Positions 1-11,207 of a DNA stretch of 64,000 nt are shown one piece after another. The stretch is from Phoronis australis (Eukaryota; Animalia; Phoronida), in the NCBI GenBank assembly GCA_002633005.1, contig NMRA01000085.1:612619-676618 (forward strand), in the 5' to 3' direction. Both the position numbers and the translations under genes were made by a program. The stretch's first letter is position 1. Every line of letters starts with the position of its first letter. Under the pieces are notes generated by a model. That model searched no databases. It was not told the origin of the DNA and was given only the letters and a program-made list of their open reading frames with translations.

Positions 1-434
1 GGCTCTCCCGCGATATCCCAGGCGACCGGCAGTGGCGCTGCGCACTATGACTCCGTTTCCGTCGTCTGCTCCACTGTGCAATGAAGAAAATTTACTTCAT
101 TTTTTAAAGAAAATGGAACCTGAGTGACGATGAAAAAACAGAAGCTGCTGGTAAAAAGTGAATTTTAATCGAAGCCTTAGTGAAGCACTCAGAAACTCAT
201 AATTCTCTCTTTGTCAAACCTTAACTTAAGACGATTTCCAAAGCAATCCCGTCATTATTGCCAACACGAAAAACGGATTTGGTCTTTCGGGCATTTTAAA
301 TACAACAAATTTGTTAAGAATCGATTGCACAAAATATAAAACGTGTAATAAGCATTACAAAAAGAAGTAAGTTTCCCGCGCAAACGCTGTGGACCATAAA
401 CAAATAGGTGTCTTAGAATCTAGTAGGAGTTAAA

Positions 435-502
435 GCGTGGTGGTGTAGTGGTAAAGCTTGCGTGCTCTGTTCGCTAGATTGTGGGTTCGAGTCTCTGGTA
501 TC
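435..502 (+). mobile_element. tRNA-derived SINE head or tRNA pseudogene
   Basis: A box TGGTGTAGTGG and B box GGTTCGAGTCT followed by a T-tract; no intact cloverleaf. Confidence 0.55.
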
Positions 503-1038
503 TTGCATTTTTCCTGTTTGCCCCTTTTCTTTTTTTGCTTTTTTTTCTTGGATAATACTTCAGGAATCAAGGAAAATGCTTGATTTTTAGAGGTAAAAAC
601 AGAAAAATTTAGTGAGCGGGAGGGGGGTTTGCCCCCCATTCGGTGCTATGCGCATCTACAATCGTGGTTTGCGCAAATGCTTATGCCCGGACAAAATGTT
701 GGCCCCCCCTTGCGATATCCTAGATCCGCCCCTGTGGTAAGTCAACTTTTGACTTTGATACAAATCGAAAGTGAACTCTACATGTAAGTTGAATTCTCAA
801 TATAGCCGAACTTAAAGGGAACACGGTTTGGCCTACAAACAGATATTACCAACGACGCTCCCATTCCCTGAAGCAAAATAATGCTCTGAAACCCTAGACA
901 AGCCCAAGTTTGGAGGAAACTTTGAAAATTCCTTTCAAAGTCTGCTAAACGGGATGTCGTGACCTACTCTAGTGAATTACTAGGCAACTGTGGGGAACGA
1001 CTACTCACCGAAAAACAAAATATGCAAGCTGCGACAAA

Positions 1039-1198
1039 CAGTGCTGTAGTGGAGCGTAGGCGCACGTACCTAGGCGCAGCCAACCACCATTTGGCATTTG
1101 AACGTAGCGCCTACGCGCCGTTAAGTTAAGTTCAGTGCTCAAGGGGCGGTGGGCTTTGGACGCCTACCTTTTTTTCTAATTTTACCACTACAGCACTG
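1039..1198. mobile_element. hAT-family MITE
   Basis: Perfect 14-bp TIR CAGTGCTGTAGTGG...CCACTACAGCACTG flanked by an exact 8-bp TSD GCGACAAA (1031-1038 and 1199-1206). Confidence 0.9.
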
Positions 1199-2277
1199 GC
1201 GACAAAGGGATTGTGAGTTTTTAGTTGATTCCTGCTTTTATCTATGAGACCAATGGTGCATTAGCACGTGACAGAACGGGGATTGGTTGAAGTCATCAAA
1301 ATAGGGTTTAGTAAGGGCTAAGTCCCAATTTTGTTTTTATGGAAATCAAGGCTCGGGTTTTAATTTTATCATTAGAAAATGTCATTAGTAAAAGAAGGGT
1401 GCATAATAAATATTATGATAATAGAAAAAGATTGCATCTGTGAGTACAGAGAGACACAAATGCGCTAAAGATTTAGGGAACAGCCGAGTCGCTATTTGGG
1501 ACTGTTTCATGCAACCGGGCACTAAAGCCCATTGATACGATAATAGGTGGCGCTCTTGACTGCAGAAAATAAGAACATGGACGTTTTACGAAGACTGACT
1601 CCTGGTGGTAATCTCATGAAAGAGGTATACGGTACATGCCGCTCAGATTGAAGACTAGTTTCCATATGAGAGGCTGTCTTTTCCGATGTATTCACTAGAA
1701 AAGTGCATACCGAGGGAGTTCGAAATTCTACTAACGTTTCCTTTTTCCAACTGCAAAAATCTGTAGAAGAGCGGTCTAACCTTATTAGTTAAATCAATGT
1801 TGCAAAAGATGTAGCCTACTCATTTTTTTCCACATGACATCTCTTCGCGTCACGTGACTGTTTCAGCTTTAAAGGCTTAAAGGACTCTTGTCCAACAGTG
1901 CATGCGATGCGAAATGTTTCAGGTTTATGAATAAGCTTTACGAAAAGCGGTATATTTTGTTTGAAAAGTGTACAATAGGTGACATTTTATGGAAGCTCCC
2001 TGCAAATGTGACACTTTTTCGATTCCAGTCGGCATCTTTTAAAAAAAATTAAAATTTTCTAGATGGACCCCCTTAAAATTATTTCGAGTACCCTCGGAAA
2101 CAGAGTTGACAATGCGGTATTCATAAAGTAAACGTTTAAGGGTTGATTACTTGCATTTTCGCAAAACGAACGAACGTGCATAGGGAGCGTTGTTGGGAGA
2201 TGCATGTCTTCAATTAAAATTTCTACTACGCATTTTACACATTTGAATCAACCCCGTGTTTATTGCTTTCATTTCAG

Positions 2278-2400
2278 ATGTTAACGAGTGCAAAGAATCA
2301 GGATCACCTTGCGGACACAAGTGCACGAATACGCAGGGGAGTTTTGTGTGCCAATGTTACGACGGTTTTCACTTACAAGCAGACAGGAAAACTTGCAAAC
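2278..2400 (+). CDS. EGFL7: EGFL7-like exon: calcium-binding EGF domain
   Basis: tttcag|AT GTT AAC GAG TGC ... AAA C|gtaatc. Translates DVNECKESGSPCGHKCTNTQGSFVCQCYDGFHLQADRKTCK, a six-Cys cbEGF consensus, phase 1-1. Confidence 0.93.
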
Positions 2401-3612
2401 GTAATCTTTTACCTGGCTTGGAGTATATCAATCTGAGTACAGGCGCCATTTTGTGAATCTTGTCTCTGAAATATGTGGCAGCATGAAATATATTGCCGGT
2501 TATGTAAAAAGCATTTTTTTAGCTGTGTCTTTGTAACCCAAACGTTTCGGATGTCATCGGAACCCTCAAGCTCAACTTTTGAAGAGATTTTGTTACACTA
2601 TGAATTGGCTTGCACTACTGACGGATATTGGCGTTTCCGCTTCCTCTTTTCGTATCAAATATGCAAATTTGCTAAATATTGCTTAATTCATACTTTAATA
2701 AACGCTCGCTTGTACTCAGGATAAAAATCTATATTAGATTTTCCTTCTTTACAAATAAGGGTTTCCATGATGAAAAGGAATATTATGGAAATAAGTTTTA
2801 GCTAAAACAATTTTCGTTTAGCTCAGTTTTATGAAGATTTTACCTCAAGAAGCTGCGTTTCTGTTCCACTAGCAATTATTGGATTCTTATAATTATAACT
2901 GTGTTGCGATCTAGTTTGTGTTTCGTGAAATGTGACATCAGACTTCAAAATGAAATTTAGTCTTACGCTCCACAAAACTATGTCTGAAAAATAATTAAAT
3001 CAAACTTGAGTAAGTGAAAAGCGTCTGAGAAAATAGACATAACTGAATTACCAAGCGTTTCTCTATTAATTACTTCTAGACTGTGCTGCACTCATAATTA
3101 CCTGGCTAAACCTTTTTCTGCAATTGTGAAGTTGGAACGTAAAACCAAAGTTCTGTCCAAGTCTTCAGTCAGTTTGATGAAACGGGCCCCTGGGCTCTGT
3201 TTTCTATTTTCAGTGGACTTAAAAAAGTTGCCAGAATATTGGGAAATTAGAAGAAACTACGAGGCTTTGAAGCAAGGTTTAGAAGATGTCCAGCGAGACA
3301 TGGCAAGCTCAACATATTATTGTCTACTGTATTATTTTACGCAAAAATGTATCATTTTCATTACACCATATCTTAAATGTCAATTGTCATATAGTGTTTG
3401 ATTTTACTTTATTTCTGTTTCTGTTGACAAAGGAAGTTATTACATCCGAAAATTTCAGTTCTTGTTGTTTTATTTACCTATTTGTATTATTTTCCGTATG
3501 TGACGTATCGCACTGTGACATGATGGCTTGGCTCGTTCACGACTCCACTCGTCCGTCCGTTTGATCCCCGCACTTTTACAACAGTGACGACAAAACCTAC
3601 AACAGCAACACG

Positions 3613-3664
<52 letters not shown>

Positions 3665-6600
3665 CTGCAATACATATGATTGCCAAGCTTTTTGAAATCA
3701 ATAGGTTTATGGTTTTCGCGGATTAAATTTTATTCAAAACTTTTCATCAAGTACCATGAACCCGACCTTGACGCTGGTTTAGACTTTTCTTTACAAAACT
3801 GTCCCCGAGTCAGAAGCGATTTGAAAAGAAAAATTGACAGTTGCTACTGTCCAAAGCCATAATCAGGACATAACTTGAAATAGCTTATTTACCCTGAATG
3901 GTCTTTAGTAATAAACTGACAGTTCTTTCCCAGCGCAACCGAGAACCTTTTCTAATATAAGTAACGAACAATTTAAGACCACTTTTATATTTGGTCTATA
4001 TCGAAAGTGTTTTTTCAAGAAGCTGGGTTCCTAGTAGACAGTCATCTTGTGCGCTGTGAATATGAACTGCTGGTAGTTAATGTCGTAAGAGCGAGCTTCG
4101 TCTTCGTAAAGCAATAGCTATCGTCGGCGAGGGTTACGGCGTGTTCTACATTTCCGATGTTGACAATTTGTTTTTCTCCAGGTTCGGAACGACATTTTCA
4201 ATAATTTGAACAACCACGTAAAAAGCATCGTATTCCCTAACTCTAACGAAACTGACAGCCTATTCAGAACTAGACATATTAGTACGATAATTTCAGGAAC
4301 AAAAGACGTCGGTTAACATGAGTCAGTTGATGAAAGAACTCCAGAAAATGAAGATCGTAGTAGAGCCCACCAAGCAGACGACAGTGCAGTCATCGTCTAC
4401 CTCATTCAAAGAGGTCACGTCATCGCCCATATATTCCACGTCACCACCGCTATCGACAACACCAAGCACCAGTTTAATTGAGGACCTTAACCATCAGGTG
4501 GCGTCTCTCAGCAATCAGATAGGCTTTTTGGAGGAAAGTCTAGCAAACTGTAAGTACTAAACTCATACGTCCTGAACTATACGCATCAGAATTCTGACGT
4601 CATTAGTAAAAAACGAGAAAATTACTTACTAGGAGACATTTGGTTACTTATGCCTGACGTTTCAAGCCTGCAGCTCAGGCCCTTGATAGTCATCACGGAG
4701 AATTTCTCGCTTACACTGGTGACCGCTCTTATTCCCTGAGCCCCAAGACAACTTTTAGGATGCCTATTCAGCACGCCCTTTGTATTGAAGTAGATCTGAG
4801 CTAATGAAGTGGAAAGGTAATTGCTAGCATTACTGTCTCAGCAATGGTTGTTGTTAGTACCCCCAATTTGGTTTTCTCTGACATTTGCAGAGTTATAGCC
4901 TGCAACTCTGGAGAGTAGTTTTAACTTGGTACATTGTAAATATTACAAAATGACTAAAAAGGTTAACTTGTGTTTGTCTTGACAAAGGGCCACTTCCCAA
5001 AGGAACGATAAGTTTCATATTGGTTTTCTTTATTTAATTTTTAATGCTTCTACCCACTTGTTTTTTTACCGGGAACGGGTTGACATCTTTTTATCTAAGT
5101 TTCGAACTTGAAGTACCAAAACAGTGGTAGATTTTGATCGCTAGCTAAACTTAATTAGTTTAGTTCAATGTGAGCCCATCCCTAAACTTACCGCATTACA
5201 GGTACACTAAACATTTCACGTGTCATTAAAGTAATCTTTATTAGAACCCAAATCATAAAATACATACAAAAGTGCAAATGTGGTGATAACAAAACTGAAG
5301 ATCTATGGACAATTTCGGTGGCACTGACTATACATGTATATTAACTATTCTAGCTCTTTGTCAGTAATAAAAAATGAAAAGTGGGCACAACAACCGTTTC
5401 CTGGTCAAAAATCTGGTTAATATAAACGAGATTGAAAGAATATTAAAAAATAAATTCATGTGATATTGTTAACTCTGCTCAGCGTTTGCATATTCACCGA
5501 GTATATCAATACGCGCGGCAGTTTATCTTCAATCCTATCCAATAGTTTTTAGATTATTAGTTCATTGATTTTTAAAAATCGAAAACTGTACTTGATTGTT
5601 TTTTTTCAGCTGAATACCGCCGTGGTGTTTGTTTATAATGAAAATTAATGGTTAATGCATTTTGAAAATTGCCATTATGTACAGTCAGAGATGTCTAATG
5701 CAGTTTATGGTCGGATAATTACATTTAATTAAGTCTTGTTCGCATGGGGCAAAGCGGTCATCACAATTGTACCTGATTCCGGCGCCGCGCTTTCTTTGAT
5801 CCTGGTACCAGCCGCTCAGAAGGACGAGCGGTGAAAATTCCCGCATATCTTTAGAAATGCGTGACTTCTTTGTAAGTGTATTATTCAGGTATGGTCACGT
5901 GATTGTTCTTCCCGCCGTTGTGAAACCGGATGTAACACGTGATCGTAAACAGGAGGAAGTTGCAGTCCCAGGTCACGATTGAGTGGGGGATTGCATTGCA
6001 TGATGCAAATGTCCTTTTTGATCTTACTGGAGTACCAATGTTCCTCTCTGGATAAAACTCGTGTATTGTCCATGCTGATGGTGTGGCCAGATGAAACTAA
6101 GTGGTCTCCAATAGTAGTAGGTGTGTCTAGTTTTTGTGCTCTGCACATGCAGCGGATCCCGAGAGACCTTTTGGTTTCACCGATGTGTAGTTGACTAGGA
6201 TCCTGGTCAAACGTGGATCTGATAGACAACACATGACTACTTCTCAAGCGGGCTGACGGCATTAGGTTTTCCTAGCTGATTGCGAAGAGTGTTAATGGGT
6301 CTAAAGCAAACGCCAAAAACGGACGGGATTCCAGCATTTTTCCTAGATCTGTCATCTCTCAATTGCTCAGGTGGGGTTCCGGTTGTGAGGAAGTTTCAGT
6401 GTTCATGGCTTGTGATAGTCGTAAGCTTTCTCAGTACGGTGATGTACTTTTCTCCACGGTTCAGTAGCGTTCTCACTATTGGCTGTTTCTATTGAACAGG
6501 GTAGTTGGACTTGAAGTTCAAATATTGGTCTTCGTGAGTGGGTAGCCATCGTCTTTCACATGCACACTTAAGTCTAGGAATGGTAATCGACAACCAACCT

Positions 6601-7578
6601 CAAGTTCCACGGTGAATAGTATGTTTTCACATAGGCTATTAATGTGGTACGTGAAGCTGTCAATGTCGTGCTCTTGGATCTTAACACAAGCGTGACAGTT
6701 CTCTGTCCTCGAAGTTCTCCGTGTGGATACCACAGACCAGTGGGGGACATAGGCTGCTCCATGACACTGTTGGTAAAATTTTCCACGGCAGTAGGTATTA
6801 AGGCAAAACTCGAGGAGTTGGTAAATCTTGTTAACGGATAGTTTGATGGTGGTAAGCGCCTTGTCGACAGGTGCACTCGTGAAAAGTGCGCTGACGTCAT
6901 TCGAGATGAGTTTATTGTCAGTGGGGACAGCTAGATCTTGAAGTTTGTCGGCCATGTCTTGGATATTTGTGACACTGTGAGGGTTGTTACCATGTGGGGG
7001 AGAGAGTAACTATCTTAGATAAATATTTAGCAGCCTTGCACGTTAGCTGCAACAGCACAACGCGATGGGTCTCAAAGGAGTATTAGGTTGGTGTATTTTG
7101 GAGGAATCATGCATCTTGCCGATGCTCCGAGATAGTTTCCAATAATTAACTTATCACTTCGTCTTCCAATCACTAACTGATTAAGGCACTTACCTTTAGG
7201 AGCTCTGGGAGGAGGCTTGTAGGTGTTGGTGTCCGATAACACAGCGATGTATCGTTGAACATGCCAACCCTTCAAGCACAATGTCACCTCGGCTGAGAGG
7301 AAAGCCACCTCTGAGCTTCGTTCCAGCAGCATAATATTCATTTGCTGGTCATATTGTGTGATAAATAAGTCGCATAACTTTGAAATCAGTCGAATTATGC
7401 TTCGTTTCACGTGTCCATGACGTGCATAGACTGGAAACGAAGTATTTTGCTTTGAACTGTTGTGCTCAAAATGCTGGGCTTTCTGTTGGCAGGTGCATGC
7501 GGACGTCTAACTGATGCCTCCTACAGACAACATTTTCAATATGTGCTCACGCGGAAGAAAAGAAAAACTCACCCCTGA
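2278..7578 (+). CDS. EGFL7: EGFL7/EGFL8-like secreted EGF-domain protein, 5'-partial; join(2278-2400,3214-3302,4297-4549,7493-7578)
   Basis: A calcium-binding EGF exon is followed by coiled-coil exons. The C-terminal motif SLSNQIGFLEESLANC|ACG matches the EGFL7/8 signature SLSEQISFLEEQLGSCSC. Exon phases join in frame (1-1, 1-0, 0-1, 1-stop). AATAAA at 7976-7981. The N-terminal exons lie upstream of the window. Confidence 0.85.
3214..3302 (+). CDS. EGFL7: EGFL7-like exon: coiled-coil start
   Basis: ttttcag acceptor; LDLKKLPEYWEIRRNYEALKQGLEDVQRDM. The phase-0 donor is most likely GC-type (ATG|gcaagc), so the 3' boundary is less certain. Confidence 0.7.
3613..3665 (+). repeat. (CAA)n microsatellite
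   Basis: Read directly; explains the poly-L and poly-C ORFs. Confidence 0.97.
4297..4549 (+). CDS. EGFL7: EGFL7-like exon: coiled coil with Ser/Thr-rich insert and conserved SLSxQIxFLEE motif
   Basis: tttcag|GAA CAA AAG ... AAC T|gtaagt; overlaps ORF 4318-4560. Confidence 0.85.
5885..7010 (-). mobile_element. Decayed Penelope-like retroelement (RT plus GIY-YIG endonuclease)
   Basis: Frameshifted fragments LISNDVSALFTSAPVD, LLEFCLNTY..GKFYQQCHGAA and FTVELE..RLPFLDL (RT), and HIGETKRSL...DHL..GHTI...LNRDLGLQLPPVYD (GIY-YIG). Lies in the last EGFL7 intron. Confidence 0.88.
7493..7578 (+). CDS. EGFL7: EGFL7-like terminal coding exon
   Basis: ttctgttggcag|GT GCA TGC completes the CxC motif; translates CACGRLTDASYRQHFQYVLTRKKRKTHP*. 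Confidence 0.8.
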
Positions 7579-8338
7579 CATGTGCTGGAATTCCGTGATG
7601 CTTGGAAGTGTAATACGCCAGATAGTCATGGTTATCCCTTTACTGTCGAATTCAGTGGTTCGAAGAGTAGAAGGATAGTAGCAATAACGTATTCCTTCTC
7701 TTCGTCTCAACGTGTTGTTGGCCGCGAGTTAAATTTGAATTAAGAAGAATGAAACTATAGTTAAGTGATCTGAGTACAAGTTCATAGACTGTGTGTGCGG
7801 GAAGGCGCGACTCAAAGTTTGTGACTTCGGCTCGGGTCTGGAACTGAATGGGCGCCGTTTTGAACAAAAAGGCTTGAGAATCATTACTACATGTAGGTGC
7901 TGATGAATGTGTTTTAATACCGAATTGTCTCATAACTGTACATAGTTTTTGAATGGATGTTTCTACAAGTTTCATAATAAATGCTTGATACTGTACATGC
8001 TCTCTGTATAATTCAATACTCCGATTGAAAAGTTGAGAAATGTGCGGGACACGGTATTTCTTTTACGTAAGCAGACCCATCAGTACTCAACATTGACGTC
8101 TATATACACATACAGTAGCGAGTCATCGAAACAAATCCTTCCACGTTCTCTTTTACTGCACTTGATTGTCCTCGCCGGTTCCGCAGGGCCATCGGCTTAA
8201 GGCATCTGATTGGTCTGTACGACGGATGTCGTTATTAAGAATCAATCGGATGTCTTTAAGGCCACAAAGGTTTCGGCAATCGCGCTTGAACCACACACCA
8301 TTGAAGTTTCTGTTGGAATTAGTAATGTACGTAATAAT

Positions 8339-8484
8339 TAGGTAAATAAAACAACAAGAATGGATCAACTGAAATTTGAAATTTTCGGATGTAATAAATT
8401 CCTTTGTCAACAGAAACAAAGGAAGTTATTACATCCGAAAATTTCAAATTTCAGTTGATCCATTCTTGTTGTTTTATTTACCTA
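8339..8484. repeat. Near-perfect inverted repeat (69-bp arms, 8-nt spacer)
   Basis: 8339-8407 is the reverse complement of 8416-8484 with one mismatch. A third, deleted copy is at about 3414-3484. Confidence 0.9.
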
Positions 8485-9020
8485 TTTATATTCTACATTT
8501 CGTGAAACAATAGTATCCTTGGGAGGATCTGGATTGCCTTATTTAGTTTACGTAATGTACTTAAAAGATTCGAAACATGCCTCCCTATTTTGAACACATA
8601 AAACAGAAAGCGGGTGATTTAACATGACATTATAAAAATCCCTTTTTTGAGATCAGCCTCAGTTGGGAACTGAACCCGATACTCTCGCGTCGCAGTCAAG
8701 AGCTCCGCAGTGCTGACTGAGCTGAATCCCAATCGCCATTTGACAGAGTATCCTAAGCGTTACTGGGAAAATCATCGGCTTTGATGTCGATGCCTGAAAG
8801 ACAACAGCTACAGGTGTACTGTATAACTGGAGATTTGTTTCATAGCTTGGCAAAGACAACACCTTAACTTATATCCCATTCAACTAATCCCAAAACTGCG
8901 TCTTTCGGACATAAAAACGTCCCTTCAATATCGACAGTTAACAGTGCAAGTAATTCTCATTGAAAATAAAATTCAACTTTTGAATTAGGCCAGCTTAGGC
9001 CAAAGAAGCAGCGTGGTTTG

Positions 9021-9169
9021 CATGCGCGCAGCCAGCCTGAAAATGGGGGCTCGAATTTTTGATAATGTGGATCTTTTATTAATTATTCACGGGGTACTTT
9101 CAGAGTTTTGAATTATCCATTCGCCGAAATTTGGTAGTTCCTATAGTGGACCCCCTGGGTGCGCGCGTG
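9021..9169. mobile_element. Small MITE; related terminus at 35090
   Basis: CATGCGCGCAGCCAG ... CTGGGTGCGCGCGTG; CATGCGCGCACCCAGGGGG recurs at 35090. Confidence 0.5.
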
Positions 9170-9539
9170 GACTTTGGTCTTGACATCAACCTGCTCACTC
9201 AAAGTCTCGTGTTCTTGGAAAAGCTGCACAAAGGCACATATTATGCAAGGGTAAGAAACGCCAAGCGATGATTAAAGTATAGAGAAAAATGCCACGTCAA
9301 TTTTGCTCTGGTTGAGTTATTTTTTTGAAAAGGTAAGCAACTAAACAAATACTGCACCACCGACTCAGTCATTCAAAGAAAATATAGACCAGAACCAGTT
9401 GACTTCTTGTTTATTGGAACAAAACCCGTAATTTGTTCTGCTTTAAATAACCAAGTCAGTGGTGCCGCAAACAAGAAAATCTAATTTAGTCGATCAAAAA
9501 TAATGCGTTTTTTACTCAACTCTAACCAGTTTCGGTCAC

Positions 9540-10864
9540 CTTATGCCAGGTTGGCGTAATAGGCTATACTAATATGACTTGGATCGAAGACGTATCCTGG
9601 CGTGCAACAGTTTACTTCCTTGGACCTATTTCTTGATGCTGCTCTGTCTAGCCAAGGACCCCCCGGCGCCACATTCAGTTGACTGTGCGCTTGTGGGAGT
9701 ACGTCACAAAAGTATGGTGAGCGTGGCTAGACTGCGCTTGTCGAAACTAAACGGCTTTCCAGACGGCAAAATAGCTTCGGTTGCAGAAATTATAGTATTG
9801 CGCTGTGACAAAACACACTTTGTGAGCCTGGGTAGAGTTCAGTAACGCTAGGAACTCGCTAAAAAACAAAACTTCGCGAGATTACGTGAGATATAGTCGT
9901 GTATTTTGAATGAGAACACCTACGTGATTTTGATTAGATTTTAGCGAGGTTCACGCGATCAACAGAACCGTGACAGAAGACGGACGTAAACTACGTCTTT
10001 CAACGATCGACTTACGTACCGGCGGGACGGGGCGTAGTCAAGTTCTTTTCAACTCAAAGAATTGAACTTTGAGGGAAGTGTCCCTTCGCCTACGATGTGC
10101 CCCCGCGTTCCTCATAAAACCGTAGAACTACACCCTTGGTGGACCCTGGTATTCGGAAGCCGTAGGGTCGGTGCGGAACTGCCTTCAAACTGAAACTGAG
10201 TCATGCGAGTGCTGACATCCGATCCACGATAGTCCTGCCCTCATATCCATCACCGTCCATATATATTTGTGCCAGAGTTTGCTGATATTGATTCAGTGAT
10301 TTAACAAAGAAAGCCAACAAACTAATACAATACAACACAATACAATTAATACTAAGAAAGAGATGATGTCAGAAGAAATAAAAAGGCAATCGATGTGCGG
10401 ATGGCCTATTAATGCCCATTGTAGTCCGCCCTATATCAGATAGGTTTACCAGCAAAATAATAAAGATATAATAAGCACTACAGCAAATAGATGCATAAAA
10501 TTTATCTATTCAGTATCGGCCTATCTAAGTAGGCCTATCTATCTATCTATTTATCGACTCTGTGTCTGCCATTTCTGCTCACTGAGTGACACGCATAATC
10601 AAGCTAATGTATCTATCTTGCTATCAATGTTCACCAGCCCCTTATCTACGTAGTTGACAAAATTCTTTCAAAATACCGGTAAAAATGTTTGATGCTGTAC
10701 ATGTAGGCCTACCGGTTTACAAATTCCTGGCCTGTTTCCAATGTCCCAAAGCCACGGGATTTAACTTAGCCGGGTTACCCAGCCAGGTTCGCCGGGTTCC
10801 GACTCACCTGTGGCAGAGGGTTCGCTGGCTTGTAGCGACATCTATATTGTGCAGGTGAAATCAT
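9540..10864 (-). pseudogene. Spliced-looking minus-strand unit (pseudogene or lncRNA), exons about 10808-10864, 10016-10281 and 9540-9802, possibly more starting at 8793 and 8309
   Basis: GC/CpG-richer blocks bounded by CAG|GTGAGT (10807), atcag| (10281), C|GTAAGT (10015), tttgtcacag| (9802) and AAG|GTGACC (9539). Every reading frame contains stops. Confidence 0.45.
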
Positions 10865-11059
10865 CTCTCAGAATATTTAAATAGTTAAAAAAGGCTAAAA
10901 CTGAATATGAACACCAGGCATGTATAATGATCAATCAAACACTTGGAATATTTAAAGGCAATTAAGCCTGCTTAGTGTTCGAATTAGACAATTTTCCTGT
11001 CCAAGTAAACACTTGACCGGAAGTTTGTGTATGTCTTAGTTACTTGCATGCTGGTGAGT
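10865..11059. promoter_or_regulatory. Candidate bidirectional promoter and PIP5KL1 non-coding first exon
   Basis: ETS-type CCGGAAGT at 11017-11024 and forkhead GTAAACA near 11005. Outward-facing GTGAGT donors on + (11054) and - (10807). Confidence 0.45.
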
Positions 11060-11207
11060 AGTTTGTTGTCGAGTTCGATTAAGCTTTGAGTCCTAGAGTA
11101 TCGCCTGTATGTAGCAGTTTTCAATGATCGTTAGAAAATTCATTATCTGAAACCAATCCTTGAAACTGGAAATCACAAGCCAGCTGGAAGTACTCCTCTT
11201 GACTTCC

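Noticed and set aside
435-502. Functional tRNA genes (also 8657-8730, 28001-28067, about 56610-56675)
   Set aside because: A/B boxes are present but the acceptor and anticodon stems do not pair; better explained as SINE heads or pseudogenes.
1-2277. miR-126 in the intron before the cbEGF exon, as in vertebrates
   Set aside because: Only a 7-nt CATTATT near 253; no 3p arm or hairpin in the visible part of the intron.
3470-3675. Poly-Leu and poly-Cys ORFs
   Set aside because: Translations of the (CAA)n microsatellite.
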